Source of the DNA: Anaeramoeba ignava BMAN
Taxonomy: Eukaryota; Protista; Anaeramoebae
DNA length: 64,000 bases
Assembly: GCA_028826165.1 (NCBI GenBank)
Contig: JAPDFW010000055.1
Location: 248,001-312,000, forward strand
Reading direction: 5' to 3'
The notes beneath the pieces were generated by a model that was not told where the DNA came from, did no database searches, and saw only the letters and a list, made by a program, of their open reading frames with translations. Both the position numbers and the translations under genes were made by a program. Every line of letters starts with the position of its first letter. Within the stretch, counting starts at the first letter, position 1. Below are positions 36,501 through 49,462 of this stretch, piece after piece.

Positions 36501-38848
36501 TCTTTCTAATTCTTTTTGTCTTTCTAATTCTTTTTGTTTTTCTAATTCTTTTTGTTTTTCTAATTCTTTTTGTCTTTCTAATTCTTTCTTTCTTTTTAAT
36601 TCTTGTTCTTTTTGTTTTTGTTCTTTTTCTAATTGCCCAAAAATTTGTTGAAAATCAATTGTTGGTGCATTTTTCCATAAAAATAAATTAGAATAAAATT
36701 TAACAATTTCCACATCATTTCCCTAGAAAAATTAAAAAGTAATTTTTTAAAAAAAAATGAAAGGAATAAAAAATGTCATGTAAAGGAAAATTTACATTTG
36801 CAATATTTTCTGCAATTGGTAAATCTCTATTATAATCTGTTTTGTCCAATATTTCAATTAATTTTTGTGCTCTTTCTAAATAATCCATTTTGAGATAGAC
36901 ATCCAATAAATCTGAATTTGGGGAAAGAACAGTGATTAAATCAGATAAAACAGTGCAACTCTAAAATTAAAAAAAAGAAGAATTTAATTTGAATTTAATT
37001 TAATTTGAATTTAATTTGAATTTGAATTTGAATTTAATTTGAAATTAATTTGATGATTTAATTTGATTTTAATTTGAATTTGTTTAATTTGATGATTTAA
37101 TTTAATTTGAATTTAATTTGAAATTAATTTGATGATTTAATTTGAATTTAATTTGAATTTAATTTGAATTTAATTTGAATTTAATTTTAATTTGAATTTA
37201 ATTTGAATTTAATTTGATGATTTAATTTGAAATTAATTTGAATTTAATTTGAAATTAATTTGATGATTTAATTTGAAATTAATTTGAATTTAAATTAATT
37301 TGAATTTAATTTGAATTTAATTTGAATTTAATTTGAATTTAATTTGAATTTAATTTGAATTTAATTTGATGATTTAATTTGAATTTAATTTGATTTAAAT
37401 TTAATTTAATTGATTTAATTTAAAATTTAATTTAATTGAATTTAATTTGATGAAATTTGATGATTTAATTTAATGATTGAATTTAATTTGAATTTAATTT
37501 GAATTTAATTTGAATTTAATTTGAATTTAATTTGATGATTTAATTTAATTTGAATTTAATTTGAAATTAATTTGATGATTTAATTTGAAATTAATTTGAA
37601 TTTAATTTGAATTTAATTTGAATTTAATTTGAATTTAAGAATTTAAATTTAATTTAATTGATTTAATTTAATTGAATTTAATTTGAATTTAATTTGAATT
37701 TTAATTTTTAATTTGAATTTAATTTGAATTTAATTTGATTTTAATTTGAATTTAATTTGAATTTAATTTGAAATTAATTTGATGATTTAATTTGAATTTA
37801 ATTTGAATTTAATTTGAATTTAATTTGATGATTTGATTTGGAATTTAATTTGAATTTAATTTGAATTTAATTTGATGATTTAATTTGAATTTGAATTTGA
37901 ATTTGATTTGAATTTAATTTGATTTAATTTTAAATTTGAATTTAATTTGAAATTGATTTAATTTGAAATTGATTTGAATTTAATTTAATTTAATTTAATT
38001 TGATGATTTAATTTGAATTTGATTTGATGATTTAATTTAATTTTGAATTTAATTTGAATTTAATTTTGATTTAATTTGAATTTAATTTGAATTTGAATTT
38101 GAGTGATTTAATTTGATGATTTAATTTGATTTGATGATTTATTTTAATTTGATTTTTAATTTGATGATTTAATTTGAATTTGAATTTGATTTGAATTTAA
38201 TTTGAATTTAATTTGGGATTTAATTTGAATTTGAAATTTGAATTTAATTTGAATTTAATTTGAATTTAATTTGATGATTTAATTTGAATTTAATTTAATT
38301 TGAATTTAATTTGATGATTTAATTTGAATTTAATTTGAATTTAATTTGAATTTAATTTGAATTTAATTTGAATTTAATTTGATGATTTGAATTTAATTTG
38401 AGATTTTAGAGTTTGAATTTAATTTGAATTTAATTTGATGATTTTTGAAATTTGATGATTTAATTTAATTTGATGATTTAATTTAATTTGAATTTAATTT
38501 GAATTTAATTTGAATTTAATTTGAATTTGATTTGATGATTTAATTTGAATTTAATTTGATTATTTAATTTGATGATTTAATTTGAATTTAAATTGATTTT
38601 TTTTTGAGAAACTGTGAGCTGTCAAATAAAAGTAATAAAAAATAATAATAATTTACAGGAGTATCAGAAATTAAATTATATAATCTTGCAGTTTGATTTC
38701 CTTTTTGTAATGTTTCGTTTACCCATTTACATAACAAATCAATATTGTCTTCATTTTGTGATAATGTTTTCTTCAGTTCAGTTAAAGAAGGATGAAGAGA
38801 AACTTGAATTAAAAGTGTTTGGACATCAAGAGGAAGTGAAAAACTCAT
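33592..38848 (-). CDS. RasGEF (CDC25 domain) protein with hexapeptide-repeat helix (exons 38848-38657, 36960-36796, 36722-34620, 34431-33592)
   Basis: DPEELARQLTLIE, LNNFNTLSSIVSG, AIPCLSAHLIDLIFIDE are CDC25-domain motifs; phase-0 GT-AG junctions join the four ORF fragments. Confidence 0.85.
35695..36625 (-). repeat. 18-nt coding repeat (QKELER/QKELEI/QKQLEK), about 50 units
   Basis: Seen in both DNA and translation. Confidence 0.92.
36980..38590. repeat. 11-bp satellite (GAATTTAATTT)n with GATGATTTAATTT variants in RasGEF intron 1
   Basis: Direct reading. Confidence 0.9.
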
Positions 38849-38985
38849 TTAAAATGTTGAAAAAAATTAAAGAAAAATGATTTGTGATTTGTCTTTATTT
38901 TCTCAATTTAAAAAAAATTTTTTTTTCATTTTTTTTCTTTTTTTTCATTTTTTTATTTTTTTAATTTTTTTTTTTTAATTTTAAA

Positions 38986-41900
38986 ATGTCAAATAATTAT
39001 CAAAATTCAAATCAAAATTTAAATGGAAATCATTTTCAAAATCATTTTCAAAATTCAAATCAAAATCAATTTCAAAATCAATTCCAAAATTCAAATCAAA
39101 ATCAATTTCAAAATCAAAATCATTTTCAAAATTCAAATCAAAATCAATTTCAAAATTCAAATCAATTTCAAAATTCAAATGGAAATGAAATTCAAAAGTA
39201 AAATTAAAATAACAAACAAAACAATTTTTTTTTGTTTTTGTTCTTATTTTAAATTTCCTTTTATTCTTTTTTTAAAAAATTTTTATAAGAAACGTTTCTC
39301 ATTTAAATCAAATTAATCCATATTTAAATCAAAATTTTTATCAATTAAATCCTAATAATCAACAAAATTCCTTACCAATTAATATAACGGGAATAGATCC
39401 TGCTGTTTTATTTGCATTTCTTCAACAAAATCATTTAAACACATTACACAATATTTATAATACAAATCAATTCTCTCAATTTGATACTTCTTTCAATTTA
39501 CAACATAACAATTTTCAAAACCAAAACCAAAATCAAAATCAAAATCAAAATCAAAACCAAAATCAAAATCAAAACCAAAATCAAAATCAAGGCCCATTCC
39601 AAGATTTAAATCAATTCCCAAATCAAAATATAAATCAAAATATAAATCAATTCCCAAATCAAAATATAAATCAAAATATAAATATAAACCAAAAACCAAA
39701 TCAAAATATAAATCAAAAACCAAATCAAAAACCAATTCAAAAATCAAATCAAAATATAAATCAAAAACCAAATCAAAAACCAATTCAAAAATCAAATCAA
39801 AATATATATCAAAAACCAAATCAAAAACCAAATCAAAAATCAAATCAAAAACCAAACCAAAAATCAAATCAAAAACCAAATCAAAAACCAATTCAAAAAT
39901 CAAATCAAAAATCAAATCAAAAATCAAATCAAAATATAAATCAAAATATAAATCAAAAATCAAATCAAAAATCAAATAAAAAATCAAATATAAATCCAAA
40001 TCAAAAATCAAATCAAAAATCAAATCAAAATATAAATCAAAATATAAATACAAATCAATATCCAAATCAATATCCAAATATAAATCCAAATCAATATCCA
40101 AATATAAATACAAATCAATATCCAAATCAATATCCAAATCAATATCAAAATCAATATCCAAATCAATATCAAAATCAATATCAAAATCAATATCAAAATC
40201 AATATCAAAATCAATATCAAAATCAATATCAAAATCAATATCAAAATCAAAATCAAAATATAAATCAAAATCAAAATCAAAATATAAATCAAAATATAAA
40301 TCAAAATATAAATCAAAATATAAATCAAAATATAAATTCTCAAGATGCCTTCTCTTCTATTTTAGATGAGCTACAACCAACAAATCAACAAAAATTTCAA
40401 AAAATAAGGTCTTCAAATTTCAAAAAAATTCAAGAAAATTTAACAAATTTTAATGAAACGAAAGAAAATAAACAAGAAACAGCAAAATCAACTACTAATT
40501 CTCAAAATCAAAACCAAAACCAAAATCAAAACCAAAACCAAAACCAAAACCAAAATCAAAATCAAAATCAAAATCAAAATCCTAATTTTTTAAAGAAACT
40601 TTCTAATACACAAATAATTCAAAAAGTCAAAAATTTCGATTGGAATAACACTGAAAAATTAGAAGAAATTTTTGGAAAAAATGTAAATTCAAAAAATCAA
40701 ATTAATCAATCAAATCTCGAAATATTAGATTCAAATGATTTATCAGATCTGCAAAATCAAGAAAAACAATTCCAAAAATCAAAATTAGAAGCCAATGAAT
40801 TATTCAAAGATGAAGCTTTTGAAGGTGATTGGGGAAATCTTCAAAATTTTGAAAAACAAGAAAATGTAATTAATCAAGAATTTATTCCAGAATTCCCATC
40901 TGATTTAGAAAATCAAGATCAAAATCAAGATCAAAATCAAGATCAAGATCAAGATCAAGATCAATATCAAAATAAAAATATCATTTTAGATGAAAGTATA
41001 TTTCAAAATCAAAATCAAAATCAATTTACAAATTTAGATGAAAATGTATTTCAAAATGTATTTCCAAATCAAAATACAAATGAAAATGTATTTGAAAATC
41101 AAAATCAAAATCAAAATCAATTTACAAATTTAGATGAAAATGTATTCCAAAATCAAAATTTAGATGAAAATGTATTTGAAAATGCAAATATAATTTTAGA
41201 TGAAAATGTATTTCCAAATCAAATACAAATACAAATGAAAATGTATTCCAAAATCAAAATTTAGATGAAAATGAGAATGAAAATGAATTTACAAATTTAG
41301 ATGAAAATGTATTTGAAAATCAATTTACAAATTTAGATGAAAATGTATTTGAAAATCAATTTACAAATTTAGATGAAAATGTATTCCAAAATCAAAATTT
41401 AGATGAAAATGAACAAATTCAAAAAACTCAAGAAAATCAAAATCAATTAGAATTAATTTCTCTTTCAAAATCAAATAAATCTCCTAATGATAAGCCTGAA
41501 AATAAAAATCAAAGCAACAAAGCAAAAAAATATCAATTATTCAATAATTTACTTAATTTTAATGAAATATTTGAAAAAGCAATTGAGGAACAAAATAAAT
41601 TATCAAAAGAAGAAGAAAATAAAAAAGGAATTGAAAGCATTGAATCTATAAATCAGAGAGAAAAACAAGAAAATTTAATTGATGAAGATGATTTTGATGA
41701 ACAATTTACAACATTCCATGAATTTGAGGAAAATGAAATTCAAAAAGATAAATTAGAAGACAGTGATTTATTAAATTTTACAGAAGAGATTATTTCTCAA
41801 AAAGATAACTCAATTAAAAAAGAAGAAGAGAAACAAAAAGAAAATGATATTTTCGATATAGATCAAAATCAAATTGAAAATCAAATTGAAAACAAAATTG

Positions 41901-44900
41901 AAAACAAAATTGAAATTGAAAATCAAATTGAAAACAAAATTGAAAACAAAATTGAAAACAAAATTGAAAACAAAATTGAAAACAAAATTGAAAACAAAAT
42001 TGAAAACAAAATTGAAAACAAAATTGAAAACAAAATTGAAAACAAAATTGAAAACAAAATTGAAAACGAAATTGAAAATCAAATTGAAAACAAAATTGAA
42101 ATTGAAAATCAAAATCAAAATTGAAAATCAAATTGAAAACAAAATTGAAAACAAAATTGAAAATGAAAATCAAATTGAAAACAAAATTGAAAACAAAATT
42201 GAAATTGAAAATCAAATTGAAAACAAAATTGAAATTGAAAACAAAATTGAAAACAAAATTGAAATTGAAAATCAAAATCAAATTGAAATCAAAATTGAAA
42301 ACAAAATTGAAAATGAAAACAAAATTGAAAGTGAAAGTGAAAATCAAATCCAAAATGAAAATCAAATTCAAAATGAAAACAAAATTGAAATTGAAAGTGA
42401 AAATCAAATTCAAAATGAAAATCAAATTCAAAATCAATTTCCAGTAGATTTCCCTGAAATGAAATATGAAGATCTACAAGAAAATTATTCCAATTATGAT
42501 TCGAAAGAAAATATAAAGAATCAACAAGAAAAAAATGAAACTAACAACGAAATTAAAGATTATGAAAAAATCCAACAACAAGAAATTGAAATAAAAAATG
42601 AAGAATTCAACAAAGAAAAAATTAAAAAGAAAAAAAGTATTAAAAATCAAATTGATGATTTGAAAAAAATACTTGATGTTTCTTTTGAAGATTATCAACT
42701 CAAAAAAGAAGACCAAGTAAAAATTTTACAACAATTTTCAACTCAAGATTTATTTGGAATTGAATTTTCGAAACCAGAAAACGAAGTTAGTAGATTTGAT
42801 GAAAGTAAGGAAACGAAAAATATTGATTTTGAAAAATTTACCTCATTTCCTATTAAAGAACCAGATAGTTCTGAAGATTTTAAGATGTACTCACAAGAGA
42901 AAAATTTATTTGGAATTGAAAAAAATGAAGAACAAAATTTATCATTGGATAATTTAAATTTTCAAGATATTGTCAAGTATTTATCACAAATACCTGAGAT
43001 GCAAAGTGAATATGAAGAATGCCAAAAATATTACGAAAAGTTACAAGCATTTGAAGCTCTTCAAAAAGAATATAATGAAGCTAAAGAAAATGATTTGTTA
43101 GAAAAAGCTATTGAAATTCGAAAAAATATTAAAAGCTTAGGAATTAAGGAGAATGATGGAAAAATTAAGATAGAATATTGGAAAGAAAAAATACAGAATC
43201 GAAAAAGAATTACAACACAAAAGGAAAATTCTCATAACGAATTAGTTCTCATTTCAAATTTAAGTTTAATAGAACCACCAAAAGAACAACGAAAAGAAAA
43301 GTCTTTATTTCAAGATGATTTATTTTCAATTCAAATTCATTCAGAATATGATTTTTTAAATGAAAAGGAAAAGGAAGAAATTCAAAACAATGTGGAATTT
43401 AAAGATAGTCAAGATGATCGAGTTGATGAAGAGAGTTTTAATTTTGAGAACCCACAAGTTATAGCAGACAATGGAAGGGCAGATGAACAAAATGAGGATG
43501 ATTTCAATGATTATAATGAGTTTGATTTTACACCAGAATTTCCTGAAGATTTTGAATTCCAAGAATATAGCATGGAAAATTATGATGAAGGAAATAATGT
43601 GAATGATTTTGGGGTTTCTGAAAATGGAGTTATTAAAACAGCGGAAATTTTAAGAGGTAATGAAAAACCAATTCAAAATGAAAAACCAATTCAAAATGAA
43701 AAACCAATTCAAAATGAAAAACCAATTCAAAAAGAAAAACCAATTCAAAAACCAATTCAAAAACCAATTCAAAAAGAAAATGAAATTCAAAATGAAAAAC
43801 CAATTCAAAAACCAATTCAAAAACCAATTCAAAAACCAATTCAAAAACCAATTCAAAAACCAATTCAAAAACCAAAAATCAATTCAAATCAAAAACCAAT
43901 TCAAAATGAAAAACCAATTCAAAATGAAAAACCAATTCAAAATGAAAAACCAATTCAAAATCAAAAACCAATTCAAAATCAAAACCCAATTCAAAAACCA
44001 AATCAAAATCAAAAACCAATTCAAAAACCAATTCAAAAACCAATTCAAAATCAAAAACCAAATATATCACCAAATCAAAATCAAAAACCAAATCAAAATC
44101 AAAAACCAATTCAAAAACCAAATATATCACCAAATCAAAAACCAATTCAAAATGAAAAATCAATTCAAAATCAAAAACCAATTCAAAATCAAAAACCAAT
44201 TCAAAAACCAATTCAAAATCAAAAACCAATTCAAAAACCAAATATATCACCAATTCAAAAACCAATACAAAAACCAAATCAAAATCAAAAACCAATTCAA
44301 AAACCAATTCAAAATCAAAAACCAATTCAAAATCAAAAACCAAATATATCACCAAATCAAAAACCAAATATATCACAAATTCAAAAACCAATTCAAAAAC
44401 CAATTCAAAAACCAAATATATCACCAATTCAAAAACCAATTCAAAAAGAAAAACCAATTCAAAAACCAATTCAAAATCAAAAACCAATTCAAAAACCAAT
44501 TCAAAATCAAAAACCAATTCAAAAACCAATTCAAAAACCAATTCAAAATCAAAAACCAATTCAAAATCAAAAACCAATTCAAAATGAAAAACCAATTCAA
44601 AATCAAAAACCAATTCAAAATCAAAAACCAATTCAAAAACCAATTCAAAATCAAAAACCAATTCAAAAACCAAATCAAAATCAAAAACCAATTCAAAAAC
44701 CAATTCAAAATCAAAAACCAATACAAAAACCAATTCGAAAACCAAATCAAAATCAAAAACCAAATCAAAAACCAATTCAAAAACCAATTCAAAATGAAAA
44801 ACCAATTCAAAAACCAATTCAAAAACCAAATCAAAATGAAAAACCAATTCAAAAACCAATTCAAAATCAAAATCAAAATCAAAATCAAAATCAAAATCAA

Positions 44901-45641
44901 AATCAAAATCAAAATCAAAATCAAAATCAAAATCAAAATCAAAATCAAAATCAAAATCAAAATCAAAACCAAAATCAAAATCAAAATCAAAATCAAAATA
45001 GCCAAAAACAGATTAAAAGGCAAAATAAAAATACCAATGAAACCAAAATTGAAAAAATTAACCAAAAAAATAAAACAGAATATCTTAAATTTTCAAAAGA
45101 AAATATTCTAAAATTATACAAAAATGGGATTTATAAAGTTGTTCAAACTAAAGTTTTTGAAATATTGAAAACAGGAATCAAACAATTCAATAAAATATTG
45201 AAGGATTTTGAAAATAAAAATTTTACGAAGAATTACATTGAAAATCAATTAAAATTACTTTATCAAGAAGAAAAAATTCAAGCATTTTACACACAAGTAT
45301 ATAATATTTGTGTTGTTTACAAAAGAATGAGTGATTCACTTTCATTAGTGAAAACACAATTAGATGAGAATGAACAATTTGAAGAAATTCAACAATCTCT
45401 CATTTTTACAAAATATTCACAAAAACTAACAAATTTGTTATACAGATTAAATGGGAAATATTTGAGTTTTCCTGATTTTATTCAAGATTGGAAAAAAGTG
45501 AAAAAAAATGAGAAAATTTGCATTTGTTCTTTATGTTTTTTGCCGATTATTGAAAAAGAAGAAGAAGTTGAGATTGAATCAAAAAGTTATCATTTATTAT
45601 GTGGGAATTTTTGGAATCATTTAACAATTAACAAGAAATGA
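38986..45641 (+). CDS. very large N/Q/K-rich protein with synergin-gamma-like C-terminal Cys/His domain (intron 39198-39289; apparent indels near 41222 and 42118)
   Basis: C-terminal CSLCFLP...YHLLCGNFW resembles the synergin gamma C-terminus (CxxC...YHxxCANFW). Acidic-Phe/Trp motifs DDFDEQF, DDFNDYNEF and EGDWGNL. Exon 2 is open from 39290 to about 41220 with no ATG, so the ORF track misses it. Confidence 0.65.
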
Positions 45642-46213
45642 AATTTCAATTAAAATCAAATTTAAAACCAAATCCAAAATCAAATCCAAAATCAAATTTA
45701 AAATCAAATCCAAATTTAAAATCTAATTCAAAATCAAATTTAAAATCAAATCCAATTAAATTAAATTTAAATTCAAAATCAAAATCTAATTAAATTTAAA
45801 ATCAAATTAAATCCAAATTTAAAATCAAAATCAAAATCAAATCCAAATCAAATTTAAAATCAAATCCAAAATCAAATCCAAAATCAAATTTAAAATCAAA
45901 TCCAAAATCAAAATCCAAATTTAAAATCAAATTAAATTTGTTTTTAAATGAATTTCCTTTTTAATTTTAATTTTAATTTTAATTTTAATTTTAATTTTAA
46001 TTTTAATTTTGATTTTAATTTTGATTTTAATTTTAATTGAATAATTGAATTTTGATTTTAATAAAAATTAATAAATATTTTAAAATATATCAACTATATA
46101 TTTTTATATATATATTTTTTTATATAGAATGACAATTTTTTTTCTTTTTTTTTTTTAAAATTAAAAAAATCATTTTTTTTCTTTTCTTATTAAAAAATAA
46201 AAATAAAAATAAA

Positions 46214-48499
46214 ATGGAATTTAAAACATTAGATTTACTTGAAGAAATTTTAACAAAAGCACAAGAGGAGTTAAAACCGCTGCTTTTAGAGATGTATCCC
46301 AATGAAGAATTTCCAAAAGCGGAAGTATCTCGACATCCAGAACAAGGCGATCTGTCGATAGTGAATTCACGAATTGCAGCGAAACTTAAACAAAATGCAA
46401 CGAAGTTCACTGAGAATGTTTGCGAGCACATCAGCAAGAAATTGGGGGAACGACAAAACCCAAAAGAATGTGTAGTCAGTAGTGTTCGTGCAGGTGGGCC
46501 TTACACAAACATAATTTTGAATCGACCGTTAATTTTTAAAGCAACAATAAAAAGGGTTCTTGAACAAGGAGAAAAATACGGACACACAGACACAAAAAAG
46601 GGACAGAAGGCAATTGTGGAGCACACATCAGCAAACCCAATAGCGCCTTTGCATATCGGAAATCTTCGTAATGTTGTCATAGGCGCTCATCTTACTAAGC
46701 TTCTTCAAGCCGTTGGATATGAAGTTAAACAGCGTTATTTTGTTAATGATCTCGGCGCCCAAATTGGTCTCTCTGCTTTGGGTTATGCTTCTGTTGATGA
46801 ATCCTTGAAAAAATTATTGGGCGTAGGCGTCCAAAGAGAGGCTTCTCAAGTTATTGGAATGGTTTATGCGATTATGAACACGTTTTCTGAGCTTGAAAAA
46901 ACTGGGAAAAAACCGTTTGATTGTTATAACGAGTTGATGAATAAAAAAGAAAATTTAAAAGAAAATGAAAATGAAAATGGAAATGAAAATTTGACAGAAA
47001 ATTCTTCACCTTTGACCCAAAAAGAAAATTTAAAAGAAAATGAAAAAGAAAATGAAAAAGAAAAAGAAAATTTAAAAGAAAATGAAAAAGAAAAAGAAAA
47101 AGAAAATCAAAATCCTTCTGTTGACAAAAAAAATATCCTCTTGGAACAAACACCCAAAAAATATAATGATCCTTATGAGGAATACATGGATATCCTCGCA
47201 GATTTGAATACGCGAGAACCAATACTTGTCAAACACTTGGCAAATGCGATGAAAGACGTTGGAAGCATCCATGACGCCTCGGCAAAGCTCTGTCTGCAGT
47301 ATGAAAACAACGAGAAGGAGGCTGTTCTGTTGTTCCGGAAGATGACCAATGATTGTCTTTCGGGGATCCAAAAAACATTGGATCGTTTCGATGTCCACCA
47401 CGATTTATTCGATTACGAAAGCGAGCTTGGATGGGAAGGAAGCAATGAAAGAGTGCTGAAGGAAATGCGGAAGTCGCCGTATTTCATTGAGCCGACACAA
47501 AGCAACCAGCAGGGAGTTCCGCAGGGAGGATATCTGGACTTCGAGCGGTTTATTCGGGACAACGGATTCCCAGTCGGAAAAAAAGGGTTTCAAGAAAATT
47601 ACCCGCCGCTCTATGTACTGCGTCCAGATGGCTCCACTCTCTATTCGTACCGCGATGTGGTGTATTCCTTGAAGAAGGTTTCAACCGCCGATCTTGTTGT
47701 CAACGTTATTGGATCAGAGCAAATTCTTGCTCAGGAAAAAGTCGCTCTTGCACTTCTTCTTCTCAACCCAAATTCAAAACGCAAACAGTTTCACATGCCT
47801 TATGAACTAGTCAAATTGACGACTGGAAAAATGAGCGGTCGTCGCGGAAGGTATTTATTAGCTGACGATCTTTATGAGGAAATCCGCGAAATCATCCGCG
47901 AAAAAATGAACGAAAAAATCCAGAAAAAATCTCTCAACATAAAATCGGGAGACGAAGTCGAAAAGGTGTCTCACGAAGTGTCAGCAGCAGCCATTCGCTA
48001 TGCGCTACTCTCCTCTTCGTGCAGGAACGTTATGAAATTCGATGTTCATAAAGTCACGAATTTTGAAGACGCAAGTGCACCTTTCTTACTTTATAATTCC
48101 ACACGAATTGAATCCATTTTCCGCAAATTTGAAGAAGGCGTCAGTGAGCAAAAGTTCCAATCTCTTGCTCCGCTCGACTCCACTGACTATTCCAAACTCG
48201 ATGACGACCAGGAATGGAACCTTCTTCTTACTTATGTCATCCCATTCGCTTCAATGATTCGTCAAGCTGCTTGTCCAGATATCCCCCCGATCCCTAAACT
48301 CCCAGAGTTTGCTACTCATCGTGTTTCTGAATTCCTTAATTTCTTTGTTCGTAATTTCAGCTCTTATTATAAACGTGTTAAAATCTTGAGAGGAGATCCT
48401 CTTTGTCTTCATCCTCGTTTGAGATTGATTCAAGCTTTTAAACAAGTTTTTGATAACGCTTTGCAATTGTTATCAATTAAACCTTTAGAACGAATGTGA
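46214..48499 (+). CDS. argS: arginyl-tRNA synthetase, archaeal-type, intronless
   Basis: VEHTSANPIAPLHIGNLRN (HIGH motif), RPDGSTLYSYRD, VNVIGSEQ, KMSGRRGRY (KMSKS), DALR-type anticodon-binding domain, C-terminal ERM. Confidence 0.95.
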   Translation: MEFKTLDLLEEILTKAQEELKPLLLEMYPNEEFPKAEVSRHPEQGDLSIVNSRIAAKLKQNATKFTENVCEHISKKLGERQNPKECVVSSVRAGGPYTNIILNRPLIFKATIKRVLEQGEKYGHTDTKKGQKAIVEHTSANPIAPLHIGNLRNVVIGAHLTKLLQAVGYEVKQRYFVNDLGAQIGLSALGYASVDESLKKLLGVGVQREASQVIGMVYAIMNTFSELEKTGKKPFDCYNELMNKKENLKENENENGNENLTENSSPLTQKENLKENEKENEKEKENLKENEKEKEKENQNPSVDKKNILLEQTPKKYNDPYEEYMDILADLNTREPILVKHLANAMKDVGSIHDASAKLCLQYENNEKEAVLLFRKMTNDCLSGIQKTLDRFDVHHDLFDYESELGWEGSNERVLKEMRKSPYFIEPTQSNQQGVPQGGYLDFERFIRDNGFPVGKKGFQENYPPLYVLRPDGSTLYSYRDVVYSLKKVSTADLVVNVIGSEQILAQEKVALALLLLNPNSKRKQFHMPYELVKLTTGKMSGRRGRYLLADDLYEEIREIIREKMNEKIQKKSLNIKSGDEVEKVSHEVSAAAIRYALLSSSCRNVMKFDVHKVTNFEDASAPFLLYNSTRIESIFRKFEEGVSEQKFQSLAPLDSTDYSKLDDDQEWNLLLTYVIPFASMIRQAACPDIPPIPKLPEFATHRVSEFLNFFVRNFSSYYKRVKILRGDPLCLHPRLRLIQAFKQVFDNALQLLSIKPLERM

Positions 48500-49029
48500 G
48501 ATTTAAAAGCTTTTTTTTTTTTTAATCTCATTAGTACAACAAATTCAAAAACAACAAATTCAAAAAGAAATTTATTTCAATTTTTCAATTTTTCTTTCTT
48601 TTTCTTTCAATTTTTAAAGAAATTAATAAAATTGGAAAAACAAATTCAAAAATCAATTCAAAATTCAATAAAGAAATTAATAAACAATTCAATTTAAAAA
48701 TTAATTCAAAATTCAATTCAATTTAAATCAAATCAAAATTCAATAAAGAAATTAATAAACAATTTAAAATTCAATTTAAAAATTAATTCAAAATTCAATT
48801 TAAAAATCAATTCAAAAATCAATTCAATTTAATAAAGAAATTAATAAACAATTTAAATTCAATAAAGAAATTAATAAACAATTCAATTCAAATCAATTCA
48901 ATTCAACAATTCAAAATTCAATTCAATTCAAAAATCAATTTAATTCAATTCAAAATTTAATAATTTTTTTCATTTTTCATTTTTCATTTTTCATTTTTTT
49001 TCTTTCATTTTTTTTCATTATTAAACAAA

Positions 49030-49275
49030 ATGCAAAAATCTTGCACTTTATGCATTTATATTTTTGCTATTATTATGGCTATTATTTCTACAATTCTTGT
49101 TATATTGGCTCCAACTTTACCACAAAAAAATTCTGATAGTTCTTCATCATCATCTTCTCCACAATCTAAAACTATTTTACAAGCTCCAAAAGAAAAAATT
49201 TTACCAATTAATGAACATTTCCAAGCTTTTAAACCTGCTTTTAAACAACCTCAAAATATTCAAAAAATCAATTAA
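49030..49275 (+). CDS. small 81-aa protein with N-terminal signal anchor
   Basis: AAAAATG context, 20-aa hydrophobic stretch, Ser run, and higher C content than the flanks. Confidence 0.55.
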   Translation: MQKSCTLCIYIFAIIMAIISTILVILAPTLPQKNSDSSSSSSSPQSKTILQAPKEKILPINEHFQAFKPAFKQPQNIQKIN

Positions 49276-49462
49276 TTTTTTTTTTCTTTTTTTCTTTTTT
49301 TCTTCAGTTAATTCATTTTTTTTTTAAAAAAAAGAAAAGCTTCTTCATTTTACTTGATAATTTAAAGGAAATTAAATTCAAAAAAAAAAAATAAAATTTA
49401 AAAAAAAATTTTATTTAAAAAATTTAATTGAAAAAGAAAAAGAAAAAGAAAAAGAAAAAGAA

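Noticed and set aside
9763-45111. Many low-complexity ORFs (FLIF, NFIN, IKIK, FELV, NWFL, KNQF types)
   Set aside because: They are antisense or alternate-frame read-throughs of satellites or of real coding repeats.
46940-47110. KEN repeats as APC/C degrons
   Set aside because: The same A-rich 12-mers arise in unrelated genes here; slippage explains them without invoking function.
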